DNA from: the human T2T-CHM13v2.0 reference genome, Homo sapiens
NCBI RefSeq assembly: GCF_009914755.1
Contig: NC_060940.1
Direction: 5' to 3' (one strand)
Length of the DNA: 64,000 bases
The first letter of the stretch is position 1, and the number at the start of each line of letters is the position of its first letter. The position numbers and the translations under genes are program-made. The notes below the pieces were generated by a model that saw only the letters and a program-made list of their open reading frames with translations, ran no database searches and was not told the origin of the DNA. Positions 1 through 13,691 of this stretch are shown here, one piece after another.

Positions 1-335
1 GTTCTCACATATTCCTGGGAATCTAGAAGACCACGTGCTTGCCAAAAGTAGAGAGCACATTCAGAAAAAACCTGTAAGAGCCCTAAGCTCTCACATCTGG
101 CTGACCTTCAGACTCTGCCCAAACAGAAAGTTAAGGCTAAGGCAGAGATGTAAATTGTCCAGCTCAGTGTTGAAGGCTTGCCTTAAGACACACACAGAGT
201 ACATTTGCAAAGATTGGACTAATTTGGTTGTTTTTTTTTCCCCCAGGAATTCAAAGAAATCTCTGTCAAATTACTACGTGACTACTAAGCTAACCAAAGA
301 CTTAAATGTCCACAATAACAAATAACAAAGTTTCA
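1..335 (+). mobile_element. Old L1 (L1MD/L1ME-type) 5' region fragment
   Basis: ggctgacctt...aaggctaaggcagag...ctaagctaacc resembles the L1MD-class 5' UTR. Subfamily and end are approximate. Confidence 0.6.
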
Positions 336-349
336 AAAAGTGTGTTTAT

Positions 350-799
350 GAACTCCAACCTATGAGAGGAGCTGCATGGGCTGTGTCCAGCAAATCCACG
401 GGGGGCAGTACTGCCCAAAGCGTGGGAGCCCAGCCCTCACACCAGTGTGTTTTGGATTTGGCACACGGAGTCAAAGGAGATTATTCCGGAGCTTTCAGAT
501 GTAACATCTCCCCTGACAGACTTTTGACTTGTATGGAGCCTGTTACTACTTTATTTTCTCAGTCTTTTGCAGTGAAAATGTCTACCATTATATCTTGGAA
601 GTGCCTGTGCTACCATTGTTATCTTGGAAGCAAATAACCTGTTGCTTTTTTTGTTTGTTTGTTATTTTACAAGCTCATAGCTGGACTTTGGATTTAAAAA
701 TTTGCGCTAGAACAAGTTAAGATATTTAGCACTATTTGGATAGAATGATTGTATTTTACACGTGAGAAGAACATGAGTTTGGGGGATCCAGAAGTGGAA
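350..799 (+). mobile_element. MaLR (MST-int) internal 3' fragment ending in a polypurine tract
   Basis: ggagtcaaaggagattatt...ggaagcaaataac...gagaagaacatgagtttggggg is typical MaLR-int 3' sequence and abuts the tgctatggtttgg LTR start. Confidence 0.7.
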
Positions 800-1611
800 T
801 GCTATGGTTTGGATGTAGTTTGCTTCCACCAAAACTCATGTTGAAATTTGATCCCCAATATGGCAGCATTTGAAGGGGGGCCTGGTGGGAGATGTTTAGG
901 TCATGGGTCCCTTATGAACAAATTAATGCCCTCCTGAGAGGATGAGTGAGACCTCACTCTCATGGGAATGGATTAGTTCCTGAGAGAGAGGAGAACCTGA
1001 TGTTCAAGACGAGTTTAGCTTCCTCAGTTTCTGTATTAGTCTGTTCTCATGCTGCTAATAAAGACATATCTGAGACTAGGTAATTTATAAAGGAAAGAGG
1101 TTTAATTGACTCACAGCTCCACATAGCTTAGGAGGCCTCACAATCATGGTAAAAGGTGAATGAGGAGCAAAGTCACATCTTACATGGTGGCAGGCAAGAG
1201 AGAGAGCATGTGCAGGGGAACTCTCCTTTATATAACCATCAGCTCTCTGAGACTTGTTCACTATCATGAGAACAGCCTGGGAAAGACCTACCCTCATGAT
1301 TCAGTTACTTCCCACTGGGTCCTTCCCATGACATGTGGGTAGTATGGGAGCTACAGTTCAAGATTTGGGTAGGGACACAGCCAAACCATATCATTTCTCT
1401 CTTGCTTCCTCTCACCATGTCTTCTCTTTGTACATGCCTGCTCCTTTTCCACCTTCTCCATGAGTGGAAGCAGCCAGAGGTCCTCATCAGATGCAGCTGC
1501 TCAATCTTGAACCTTCAAGCCAGCAGAATCATGAGCCAAATAAACTTCTTTTCTTTATAAATTGTGCAGTATTAAGTATTCTGTTACAGCAACACTAAAT
1601 GGACTAAGACA
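800..1611 (+). mobile_element. MST-family (MSTC-like) LTR, split by a THE1 LTR
   Basis: Starts tgctatggtttggatgt. Ends aataaacttcttttctttataaatt...ggactaagaca. Interrupted at 1032-1393. Confidence 0.8.
1032..1393 (-). mobile_element. THE1 (THE1B-like) solo LTR
   Basis: 362 bp. Plus strand reads tgtattagtc...gctgctaataaagacata...gggacacagccaaaccatatca, the reverse complement of the THE1 consensus. Confidence 0.92.
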
Positions 1612-1769
1612 TCATCAGAGGGATGGGGACACTGAGTGTTAGGGTGGGGTAAGGCTGGGGCCAGAACCCAGGTTCCTGACTCTTGGCCAGTGTCTTTCTC
1701 CATATAAATGGTAGAGGTTTCTCACTTTCCTCTGCCAGGGTGGAGAGCTTCACAATCTGACAGGCACTG

Positions 1770-1960
1770 TAGACTAAAGGGTACATCCATTATCTCATTT
1801 AATCCTCATGACAACACTGCAAGGAGGGTTTAGCCTCATTTTAAATATCACAAAACTGCTTTAGAAAAGTTATTATCTTGTGTAAGGCCCTGAATACTGA
1901 ATGGCAGAGTCAGCATTTGAAAGTAAAACTTTATAAGGAAGTCCATGCCTTTAACTCTTA
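1770..1960 (-). mobile_element. MIR SINE
   Basis: tctcatttaatcctcatgacaac core, reverse-complement orientation. Boundaries approximate. Confidence 0.65.
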
Positions 1961-2784
1961 CTTTACCTACCTGAGGAGAGTAGTGTTTGTCCTAAGGAAT
2001 GGATTCACAAATGTAGATTTTCTGTCATTTGGGAACCACAGGAGTATTTCTGCACCCCTAAACTAACCCTCATTCCCCCATCCCCGCATCCCCCCCATCC
2101 TCTACCTCAGGGCCTTCTCACTGCTGTGGAAAGAGCTTGCCTTCTGCTCCTCTCCAGCTTGTGTCTCCAGGGATGGCTAAGTATTCTACTTGTTACATCC
2201 AAGCCAAGAGCATCCAACCCCAGGGTACCACTCCCTGCTGTCCTGACAGAGAACCATTCCCTGCTGTCCTATGTAGGAAACAAAGCACTTTGCCTAGGGT
2301 TAGTGGGAGAGCCAGCAGGAAGCCAGGGGCAGGGGGAGTGATCTATTCATTAGTCTCACCAAAATGCCAAGATGCTCCCAGGGGTAGAAGACAAGAGTAC
2401 TTACAGAAGGGGGAAAAAGGGTTCTAGGGCCTTCTAAGTGGCCCAGGCTCCAGGAAGGGGACCAAGATGAAGGTTTGCCTTGCTTTTCTTGAGGAATACT
2501 TGGCCTTTCTTGTCAGTCAACACCCAAACCAAAGGGATCAGTCCTATGGAAGCCAGCCTTGTACTAGAGATGACCAGGCAAGAGCCTGGATCAGAGACAC
2601 ACCCCCAGAATACCCAAATTTTCTGGATGGAAGGACTTTGAGACAGCATCTCCTCCAAAGCTCTCAATGTACAATGGGGAAACTAAGATCCCACATGGGA
2701 CAGATAGTTTCATGTTTCCATTTTCCTTAAGAAATACTGACAGTGGACACATGTCTTTACCATCAGATTTTAAAAGTTAATTTG

Positions 2785-3250
2785 CCATCCATAACACATT
2801 ATTTGTAATAGTAAAAAACTGGAGCCAACTCAAATATCCAGCATTGGTAGAATAAAGAAATGTAGTAGTAGGATAAATAAATTGTGGTATATACATATAG
2901 TGGAACGCTATACAGCAATGAAAAAGAATGAACTGCTACTTTATGCCATGAAATGAATGAATTTCCCAGATAAAGTCAAACTAAAAAAGCCAAGCATGAA
3001 AAGCATATATACTGAATAAGTCCCAGAATGTAAAGTTGAAAAACAGTCAAGCTAATCTATAGGGAGAGAAGTCAGAATAGTGCTTGCCCTGGTGGTATGG
3101 ACAATGACCATGAGGATCAGGAATGCTCTCAGTTTTGATCTGTGTCATGTGGCTACAAGAGTAAAAATTGGTAAAAATTGATTTATGCACTAAGGATTTG
3201 TGTGCTTTCCTATATGCATGCTACACATTATACTTCAATTAAAAAGTAAA
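2785..3250 (+). mobile_element. L1ME-type 3' end
   Basis: ggataaataaattgtggtatatacata...tacagcaatgaaaaagaatgaact...gaagtcagaatagtg...tacttcaattaaaaa. Confidence 0.8.
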
Positions 3251-4671
3251 AGCAATAGTGGGTAATTCTCTAGTTCATACATGTAAAATCACATGTAGAT
3301 GCATCAAGAAACTCTGAAACGTGGCCATGAGGTGTCTAGGGTGGGTAGATCTGCAAGATAGGAGTTTGAGTGATTTTTATTTTTTTCATAATTTTCTGCA
3401 TTGTTTGAAACTTTGCTTATAAGAAGTAAGCACTATATTTAAAATCAGGAAAAAAAGCTAGTTCTGCTTATTTTCAGGAAAAACATAATTGAAGTAAAAT
3501 AAAAGCAAATAACCCCTGAAGAGACCTTTAAAAAGGAAGACTCCAAGTGAAGTATAATGGCACATCATAGACAATCAATAAATATCTGTGGAATGAATGA
3601 ACAGCCCCATGAAGTCATTCCAACAGACCAGGAAACTGAGACTCAGGGAGAAATGCTTTAAAGTCTCATCTCCAATTACGGAAAAAAGGTTTCATCCTCA
3701 TAAAGGGATGCATCCCTAGGAGGCATATGGGGCCCAGGGGCCACTGCCTTAGTCAATCCAGATCTCCAGCACCATGGGAGAGGCTGAGGGCCTTCTTGGA
3801 AGATCATCTGACCAGGAAGACCAGGGCATGGTGGTCCCAACCCTGAGATCATCACAGGCATGGTCACCCTCATGACCACTTTCCCAGAGACCACTGTGTG
3901 TCTGGCACTGGGTTGGCAGCCAAATTGACTCTCTCAACCACCTCATAATGGAAGTCTTGGTGGTTACATTCTGTAGATGAGGAAGGAGAGGTTTTCTTAA
4001 GTTCCTACTGCTGGTGTAGCAGTACCTGGGGGAGGCTGAGACAGAGGTGCTAAGGTAAGCATTAAAAACCCCATACAACATAACTCAGAATGAATCCAAA
4101 TACACCACAGGTTTGTTTACCACCAGCAAAGCATGCACCTGGCCTACCTATCTGGAGACCTTTCTGTTTAAGTGCCTGCCCTAGGTCCTGATGCTAACAT
4201 CTCAAAGGTCCTGAATGTCCGAGCCTGCAGAGGAATGGGGAGAGCAGCTCTGATTGGTAGCACAGAATGGACAGGTCCCTTTCAGGATAGATACAGGAGT
4301 CAAGAGCTTGCACTCTCATTGCCATTATAATGGGAGGCTTCCTGGATAAGGTTTCCAAATGAGAATGGCTAGAAAAGCACCTTGCCCTGCTGCATATCCT
4401 TCTGAGCTGGGAGCCAGCAACACTGAGGAAGCTGCTGAAATTCCCTCAAGAGGCCCCATGAAAAATCCAACTTGGAAAGAGGATCCTGGATTCACATGGT
4501 AGTGTTGAGCTGAGAAGCTTCAGGATTCTGGGTCTATCTGTTTTCAAACTGTCTCCTGCAACACTGGTTCATCAGAAGAGCCTCTGGTGCCACAGAGAGT
4601 GGATCTAGGTAACATTCCTTCCATGGACCTTCAAAGGAGAATCTCACCTTCTAAGTTTTACTAGGTTAAAG

Positions 4672-4869
4672 CAGTCGTTCCCAACCAAGGTGCTTTTGTC
4701 CCCCAGGGGACATTTGGCAATGTCTGAAGATATTCGATAGTCACAGCTAGTGGAGAGGTACTGATATCTACTGGGTGGAGGCCAGGAATGCCACCAAACA
4801 TCCCACAGGGCAGCCTCCCACTATTAACTGGCCCACAAGCTCAATAGTGCTAAGGCTGAGAAACCCTTG
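4672..4869. mobile_element. MER20 (hAT-Charlie DNA transposon)
   Basis: cagtcgttcccaacc...cccccaggggacatttggcaatgtctg...gaggccaggaatgc...tcaatagtgctaaggctgagaaaccc. Confidence 0.85.
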
Positions 4870-6039
4870 GCTAAACATATGATATTGTCTATATTTGAAA
4901 ATTTTGACCTATAAAAACACCCAGTGATTTCCCATGACTCATATTGAGTTTCAATAGATTTCAACTAAAGAGAGGGTTCTGAAGAATTTTTAAAATTTGC
5001 AAGCTATTAATCAAATCCAAACCCCTCCTTGCACAGATGGCAGCCACGTGGCCCAGAGAGGGTAAGGGGATTTCCCAAGGTCACAGGGCAGCAGTGCAGA
5101 TCCAGACCTGAATGCAGACCCCCCTTCATCCCTAGGGACCCTCTCTGTCAACACAGAAGCCTGACCTCCATCGCAGGCTCATTTCTCCAACCACGGGAAA
5201 TGGCTTCTTTCTCACTTACTGCTGTCATGCCCTGCCCCAGGAGAAGTTTCCCAGAGAGTTGTTTCCCATCACAAGCTTGGGATGATATTCATTCAGACTC
5301 AAAAGAAAATCTGTTTGCTTGAAAAGAAAGAAAATGGGAACAAAAGAACCTTATCTTCAAACAGCCATGCAAAGTAAGGCCAGCTGTAGGGAACTAAGAC
5401 ACACAACATTGATCAAGACAGAAGAGGCATGTGAGGAGTACATTGGGAAAGACAAGGCTTTCCTCTCGAGGAATAATAGCTCTGCCCCAATGGATAAGGA
5501 GCCTTTCACTCTAAAAGAATGAGCCCAGGGAATCCCATAATAAAGCTTGTGCAGGGACCTGAAAGAAAGGAGGGGAACTTGTCTTCCAGGAAAAATGAAA
5601 TTGCAATGCCACAGCCACTTCCAGGGGCTGAAGACCCACAGCCTGCAGCAAAATTCTGCTTGTCAGGGCTGAGAAGGCCCCTGGTGATTGTCCAGAGGGA
5701 AAAAAGCAAGTGTGCCAAGCAGATTTGGGGTGAGGAACAAGAGTCGAGCTTGCTCTCACTCTGCAGCCAAAAGCCAGGGAAAGGTAGGCAGTTGGACCTG
5801 CCAACTTATACAGTATTCAACTCACTCACACTCCTTTTAGTATCAGGACACTTAAATCTCATCCACTCAGTACCTTGCCCAAGTTTCGTTCAAACACTTG
5901 TCTTTAAAGTGCACGTGGGAAGTGCTTATCCCATCCCACATCCTCACTGTGTGATAGGGAAACTGAAGCACAAAGAGGAAGGGGTTTGTGTGAGTCAGGG
6001 GGAGAGCTGCCCACCTCTCTCATACCTAGGCCAGGGGCC

Positions 6040-6401
6040 TCATATGGTTTGGCTGTGTCCCCACCCAAATCTCATCTTGAATTGTAGCCTCCCATAATTC
6101 CCACGTGTCATGGGAGGGGCCTGGGGGAAGGCAATTGAATCATGTGGGTGGGTCTTTCCCATGCTGTTCTCATGATAGTGACTAAGTCTCACAAGATCTG
6201 ATGGTTTTATAAAGGGGAGTTCCCCTGCACACTCTCTCACCTGCTGCCATGTAAGACATGACTTTGCCATTTATTCGCCTTCTATCATGATTGTGAGGCC
6301 TCCCCAGCCATGCAGAACTGTGAGTCAATTAAACCTCTTTCCTTTATAATTACCCAGGCTTGGGTATGTCTTCATTAGCAGTGTGAAAACAGACTAATAC
6401 A
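6040..6401 (+). mobile_element. THE1 (THE1B-like) solo LTR
   Basis: 362 bp, tcatatggtttggctgtgtccccacccaaatctc...cagactaataca. Near-TSD gggcc/ggccc. Confidence 0.92.
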
Positions 6402-7368
6402 GGCCCTTTCCCAGAAAGGAAGGGAAATAAAGCCAGCAAGCACATACCTTGGAGGCATCTTATTAAAAGATGTTTGTTTTGTTTTTAAAGCTTCACACTA
6501 TAAAGTTAAAATAAAGCCCCTCAGCAAAAAATACACAAGGCTGCCCAACCATACAGTTTGGGAAGCAAATTCCCCATCCTGGCAAGAAAGCCTTCCCCTT
6601 ACAAAATGTATCCAATCCTTGGCTCGGGCCTCTCCAGATTTTCTATTTATCGAGGGCGGCATTTATATTCCCTGGTGCACTGAGCACCAGCCATAGTGGA
6701 GGACTGGAATCACCTGCCAAGGCCTGAATTTCCCCAGCTTCCCCCTGACGGTTTCCATGGCAAACACTTACACCTCTCATTTTATATGTAGGATTTAGGC
6801 CAACCCAAGGGCTCTTGCAAATGTTTTTTCTGACCCCACTGGTGTTGTTCCTCTTTTCCTCTTATATATCAGTGGGTTTTATTTTAATTTCGAGGCTTAC
6901 AATTACATTGCAGCTGTGCTGGGATTGTCTGTCTGTTAGCACGTGGTTTAGCAGCCAGCAGCAGCCAAAATTCCTCATCCTTGTTCCTTTCAACAGGGAA
7001 GGATCGCAGCCTTGGTGAGGACTGTAATGAGGCACAGGAGAATTTACCCTCAAACTAAATCCTTCCTCTTTGATCTCAGCCTTTTTGACTGTGCATTTGG
7101 CTGCTGAATACTGCTTTGATCCTTCTGCCGAAAGCCACCAAAGATTTTCCATGTCCTCTCCTCTGTTTATAGAATGAAACAAACTTCATCCTCTGGCAGG
7201 CCAGGGCAGCCGGCAGCAGGGGATGAGAAATGCGAACATTTACTCTAATGATGACTGCATTTGAGGAGGCTGTGATCCATGGAGCATGGAATGGGTAGCA
7301 GAAATTTTCTTATGTGACAACTTCTGTCCAGTTTGGTCAAGTCCCAAGGATGGCCATCCCCACTCTCC

Positions 7369-7457
7369 CCCCACAAGTTATTACAATCCCCACAAGTTAT
7401 TACTCATCCCCACAAGTTATTACAATCATTAACTTGTAGGCACCTAATAACATAGCT
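7369..7457 (+). repeat. Triplicated ~19-20 bp junction plus 44-bp exact copy of 8967-9010
   Basis: ccccacaagttattac occurs three times. 7414-7457 equals 8967-9010 at 44/44. Confidence 0.95.
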
Positions 7458-8439
7458 CCAGTGGGAAGAGATGGTGCAGTGTCTTCACTGTTTACCACTT
7501 CCTAACCATCAGGACTGACATCCTAAGGACCTGCCCGTGGGAGGGATGTGGGAGAGGAGACCACTTTGGATTCTTCTCCATGTCCTGACCTACATCCTGT
7601 GAAATCATTGTTTATTTAAATTCTTCCCCAGAAGATACTCAGGATGGAGTAGTTATTCACGGCATCATTTGCAGCTGTCAGAGTCCTGAACCCAGGGAAT
7701 TTTGAAGGAAACTCAGAAGACACAAAAGTGCAGTCCCTGTCAGATATAATCTTATGCCTCTTGATTTATATATAGGAAGACATGGGGGGCATCATCCGAA
7801 TTTCTGTCTCACAGCTGTTGCTTGAGATGCCACCATTGGTGACTCCTTCCTTACAACACATGTGCCTGGAGAAGGATGTGGGGTAGTGAAGCTCAAGACC
7901 CTTAGATGAGGGGATGAGTTTGCCAGACTGGAGAAGCCAGGTCAATATGGAAATAGGAGAGATCAGAAGAAAGATAGGAGAGAGAGAGGAAAGAAAGACA
8001 GACAGTATAACGAAGAAGGGCAACAAAAACAAACTGCACACTTTATAATTCTGATGGGGGAATGGCCATTTCACCTCTACTAGGCATCAGTCTGAAATGA
8101 GATCCTTTTGGTTACAGAGTTCTAGACCAGGACTCGTTAGTCTAAAGGGATGCAGAGAAAAAAAAAAAGACACAGCTCATACATCCAAAGATACTGCCTT
8201 TGAGTTGGTGAGAAACAGGGCACTCCTGGTATGATGCTCACCAGTGCACCTGTGTGCAGGTGTCAACACGCTTTCTACACCAGACTATGAGATCCAAGGG
8301 GGCAGGAGCCATAACTGCCTCATAAAAGGACATGCCTAGCACAGTGCATGAAACCAGAAAGAGGTTCAAACAATATTTGTTTTTAACAAACTAGTTAATG
8401 AAGAAAAAAAGAAACAAAGGAATTGAGTACAGAATATTG

Positions 8440-8620
8440 TCACTGTGCAGTGATTTGGGGCAAGATATATGAGTTCTGGTCTTGTTTCTGCCATTATGAG
8501 TATTTTTGAGTGAGGAGACCTAGGCAAGTCACACCAACCTCTCTGGTCTTCAGTTTTCTCACTTGTAAAAAGGGGATTATCATTTTCCCAATCCACAGGG
8601 ATATAATGGCAGTCCAACTG
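8440..8620 (+). mobile_element. MIR SINE
   Basis: gacctaggcaagtcac...cagttttctcacttgtaaaaaggggattat. Confidence 0.65.
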
Positions 8621-8959
8621 CTTAGTAAGCTCTCAGAGACTAATAAGGAAGAAATAAGAGAAATAGTAAAAATAAAAGACAGTGAGGGAGAAGCACTGCT
8701 GAGCAGTGTTATCAGGTGGGCTTCTCTGCAATTTTACTCTCTCAGCAGTTTGAGATCTTACTGGAGTCTTTCTAGCTCAGATCCTCTTTACAGACCTTTT
8801 ACATCAGAAATTGCAAGACCTGGAAAATTAACTGGCTTAAAGCCATCAAAGAAATTGTCTAGTTGAGAGGGATTTAGATTGCAACTCTTCCCCTATGGTA
8901 CAAAGCCCTGTGTTGTAAGGGGGGAAAAGGGAAATATTTACAACCAGATGGGGAAAACG

Positions 8960-9090
8960 TTGCAAGAAGTTATTACAATCATTAACTTGTAGGCACCTAA
9001 TAACATAGCTTCAAAATACATAAAGCAAAGACTAACAGAAAAATAAGGAGAAATAGAAAACCGTATACTCACAGTGAGATGATTTTAACA
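8960..9090 (+). mobile_element. Isolated L1M ORF2 endonuclease-region fragment
   Basis: gcacctaataacatagcttcaaaatacataaagcaaa...ggagaaataga corresponds to the L1 APN..ASKYIKQ segment. No poly(A). Confidence 0.75.
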
Positions 9091-9589
9091 ACACAGCCCC
9101 TGCTAAATAGGGAAATCAGACTACACTTGGATGCTCCAGAGAAAGATTTTTCACGTCTGGGACTGAGGAAAATAAAAATAAAATGAGGAAAAGGAGATTC
9201 CTGGAATTTAATTTATCTGTAGAGATGAAGAATTGGCATGATCACGAAAGAGACCCAGTTCAACTCACTGTGGTTTCACCGGGATTTGGGGCCAAAGCCA
9301 AGGCTAGAAATGAAATATAATTGTGCTTGTGTTCTTTCTCTGTGAATCTCTTTCTACCTGCCCCTGTCAGGAAGGAGTACCAGGATGGGGGCAGAACTGA
9401 ACTTAAGTGTAGAAATAGCCAGGATTTGATAGCAGAGGGAAAGAGAATTTGTGACTTCATAGAAAGTCTGAGAAGGCCAAAGGAAGGCAGATCATAAGCC
9501 ACCAACTATAGATTCACTCCGAGATCCTAATTCCTCCACTCCTGGACCCCTCAGGGTCAAATCTCTACTACTATTACCACCACCTGACC

Positions 9590-9770
9590 AGTGATTACAC
9601 AGGCACTGCATAAATATGTTATACTCGTTGTCTCTCTTAATCTTCACAAAACCTATTTCAAATGGGAAGTTTTTAATACTAGTTCCATTATAGAAAAAAG
9701 GAAACAAGCTCAGAAAAATTCAGTGATTTACCTATAGTAGCACAGCTAATAAGTGACAAAGTAAATCGTA
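9590..9770 (-). mobile_element. MIR SINE
   Basis: ttaatcttcacaaaacctat...ccattatagaaaaaaggaaacaagctcaga. Confidence 0.6.
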
Positions 9771-10103
9771 AGTGGAGGAAATAGACCCACCTGGCACAGC
9801 ATAATGGCACCAGACACTCATCTTTCTAGTCTCAGGTCGGGCCTCCCCTTACCACAAGCCAGGGGTCAGCACCCCATGTTTCTAATCCATACCTCCCCCT
9901 ACATCAGTCTAGAAGACTGCAAGCAACACAGAGTGTCAACTTCTCTTGTTCTGTCCTGGATGCCCAACTCCTAGTGCTATGTCTCACCCAAAGAGAGTAT
10001 CAGGATATTTTTATTAAATTGAATTGAATAGATTGACAAAAATCATCCAAAATCTACCACACCCAAGCTCTATCCATGCAAGTGGAGGCACATGGCTACT
10101 TGA

Positions 10104-10687
<584 letters not shown>

Positions 10688-10959
10688 CTAAATCTGATTT
10701 TTAACGTGACTCTTCCTCCCACGCCCAGAGCAAGCCCCAGTTTCCCCAGGAAAACACTGTCCTGGTTCCTCTGAGCTCTGCAAAGCACACAGATAAAGTT
10801 GGGCCTTAGCATCAAGTTGCTGACGCAAAGTCCTCGTGATTACAAAACTATACGCGCAATGGAGAACAAAGAATACAATGATTAATTGAGAAGTGGGAGG
10901 AAAAGGATGCTTTTATTTTTTTAATCGCCTAGGAAATCTTTGGACACTTTAGACAAGCC

Positions 10960-11110
10960 ATGTCATTTGATCATCACAACAACACTCCCAGGAAGTATTA
11001 CTGTCCCCACATCACCTATAAGAACAATAAGACTCAGAGAAGTTAAGCTCCTTGTGCAAATCCACAGAGAGAGAAAGTGACAGACAGGATTTGAATTCAG
11101 GTCTGTCCAT
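10960..11110 (-). mobile_element. MIR SINE
   Basis: tcatttgatcatcacaacaac...gactcagagaagttaag...ggatttgaattcaggtctgt. Confidence 0.7.
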
Positions 11111-11899
11111 CCCCAGGGACCTGCAGCCTCAAACTGGACAAGCAGTACATCCTAAGGAGTCTGTTACAGACGATCAACTCTGGTGTCCCTCCAAGGTGCA
11201 CACATTCCCTGGTAACCAGAAAGACACTTAGGCTTAAACAAGACAACGTCTGACTGAGATTGTCCCTGTTTCCTGGTGAGAGCATTTGAGGAGACGGGTG
11301 TTGATTGATGCGGTTTGTAATAATACTCATTTTTCTGCAATTACTCCTTGAATTCCAGCCAAAGTGGGCCACACGGAGCTGCAGCTGTACGAGATGTCTG
11401 GATTCTCCCAGTCAGCAAAGAGTTGGGAACAGGGTGGTCACAGAGGAGCCAAGCCAGGGCAGAAAGATGTCTCCATTCAGTGAATACTTATTGAATCCTT
11501 GCTCTGCACCAGATCTTGAAGGGAGGGAGGAAAAAGCCTTGAAGCTGACAATGTAGTTCCTTCATGTCAATTAAATGTTTATTTAAAAGAGTGCAAAAAT
11601 AGAAAAAGGGTGGTTTCTTCCTTTGAGGGAAGCCACGGGCACGTGAATGAACACCAGCATTATGATGTGCTGGGTACCAGAATTGGAGTGTGCTGGGGAG
11701 TCCCAAGAGAGGGGCTTCCCAGGGGAGCTGGAGAAGACTTTTCAGAAGAGATATTTTTAAGACAGACCTTGCAGGCAGGTCTTATGCACCTGCTCAGAAG
11801 GTAGGTAAGAAGCTGAGAGGTAGACAGGAGGACCACCTTGGCTAAAAGCTGCGAGTCCTGAGCCAGCATGGTGTGCTTGAGGCACAGCAAGAAGTTCTG

Positions 11900-12110
11900 G
11901 GTCAGATGAATCGACAGTCCCACCTCATGCTAGCTGAGAGACCTCAGGCAAGTTTGTTTCTCTGTGCCTCAGTTTCCTCTTTCATGAAATGGAGAGGAAT
12001 AGTCTCTGCCCATAGGGTTGTTGTAAAGATTAAAAAGTTATTACACATCTTATGCTCAAAACAGTTCCTGGCATAGATAGGTGCTCAATTAAGCTAGTTA
12101 ATTTTATTTG
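11900..12110 (+). mobile_element. MIR SINE
   Basis: ctctgtgcctcagtttcctc...catagggttgttgtaaagattaaa...cctggcatagataggtgctcaat. Confidence 0.8.
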
Positions 12111-12350
12111 GTGATGATGATGATGACGATGATAAGATACTAATGAGAAATAAGAACAGGACTTTAGGCCAAGGCCAAGTGATTGAGAGCTTCAGGTGCT
12201 ATGGGAAGGAATGAGAAACTTCATCCCATGGGCAATAAGGGACTCTCTGTTTCTGAACGAAACTCCAGCAGACAGAAGGGCACTGGACTTGATGCAAAGG
12301 AGTCAGCTCCTCAGCATCAGCCATGTTTTGTCAGAAGGGACAAAGGATCC

Positions 12351-12708
12351 AGCTCCTGCATCATCAGCCATGCTTTGTCAGAAAGGGAAATAGACTTCCA
12401 CGTTCATGAAGCCACTGTATAGTGAGGATTCTCTGCAGCTTAGCTTTCTCCCTAACTAATTTAATTGCCAAGTGCTATGCATATGAAAGGTTTTGGGTTT
12501 ATTCGGTGCCTCCAAGCTCCCAGACTCCGTGTGATACTCATAGAGGTTATGTTGTGGTTGAGGAGACAAAGTTAATGCTAAGAAACAGAAGTGTCTCAAA
12601 AAAGCATGCAATCAAATGGTTCATCGTGGTTCTGGGGCTCAGGGAGCACGTGACATAGGCCCTCAGGGAAGGGGCAGATAAGTGTGGACCAGCATAGTCA
12701 GAGAGGGC
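12351..12708 (-). repeat. Inverted local duplicate of 15435-15790
   Basis: Hand alignment gives about 52 mismatches and 2 gaps over 358 bp (about 85%). Confidence 0.95.
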
Positions 12709-13364
12709 ACCCTCATTATTCTCAGGTGAGCCCCCCACAGCAGGTGGCAAGGCCAACTCATTCATCTCAGGCTTCTTGGGGGAGGGTGCGAAGAGATGAG
12801 CTCGACCTGACAGGACAAGTCTCCTCACCACCAAGCCCCTGTCACTGTCCCTTCTTGTGACTGATGAGCGGGTCTGTGGAATTAATGAGGAAATCTCCAG
12901 GGCTCCTGGGAATTGAGATGCATGGCAGGTCTGCTCCACAGGAAACTGCCCATCTTCCCTCTTTCTGTCCCACTCACTGGATCCCTCCATTCCTACTCAT
13001 CCCTCTCAAAACTGTTAGAAAATGGATATGGATATGCCACTGTCCCCAGAAGCCCTCCTAAGCTATCAGAGTATGCTCTGACTTACTATTCTCTTGTCTG
13101 GCCTCGGTATTGAAGAACCATCTCCTCCTTCCCCTGCCCTGTCTGATTCTTTATCAATTTGCTCCCCTCTAGCCCCCATCCATGCAGCCCTTAAATCAGC
13201 CTAACTCTCCAGCTTCATTTCTACTCCTTCACATCTTGGGGCCTCTGATTTCTTCACTCTTCCCCCTTGAACACCAGAGCCTCCTCTTCCTGTTCCTCTT
13301 ATCCTGCCCAGTCCCATCTGTCAGCATCCCACTGCAGGCTTCTTGTCCTATAGTGTCTTCTCAG

Positions 13365-13691
<327 letters not shown>

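Noticed and set aside
5519-6097. Longest ORF (192 aa)
   Set aside because: No recognisable domain, and it runs through MIR-like and THE1 sequence. Consistent with chance.
7369-7430. CRISPR-like short direct repeats
   Set aside because: No unique spacers and a eukaryotic context. Explained as a repair stutter.
12422-12658. Two ORFs with similar peptides (12422+ and 15446-), resembling paralogous genes
   Set aside because: The similarity comes from the inverted duplication of TE-derived DNA. The frames are not preserved over the full unit.
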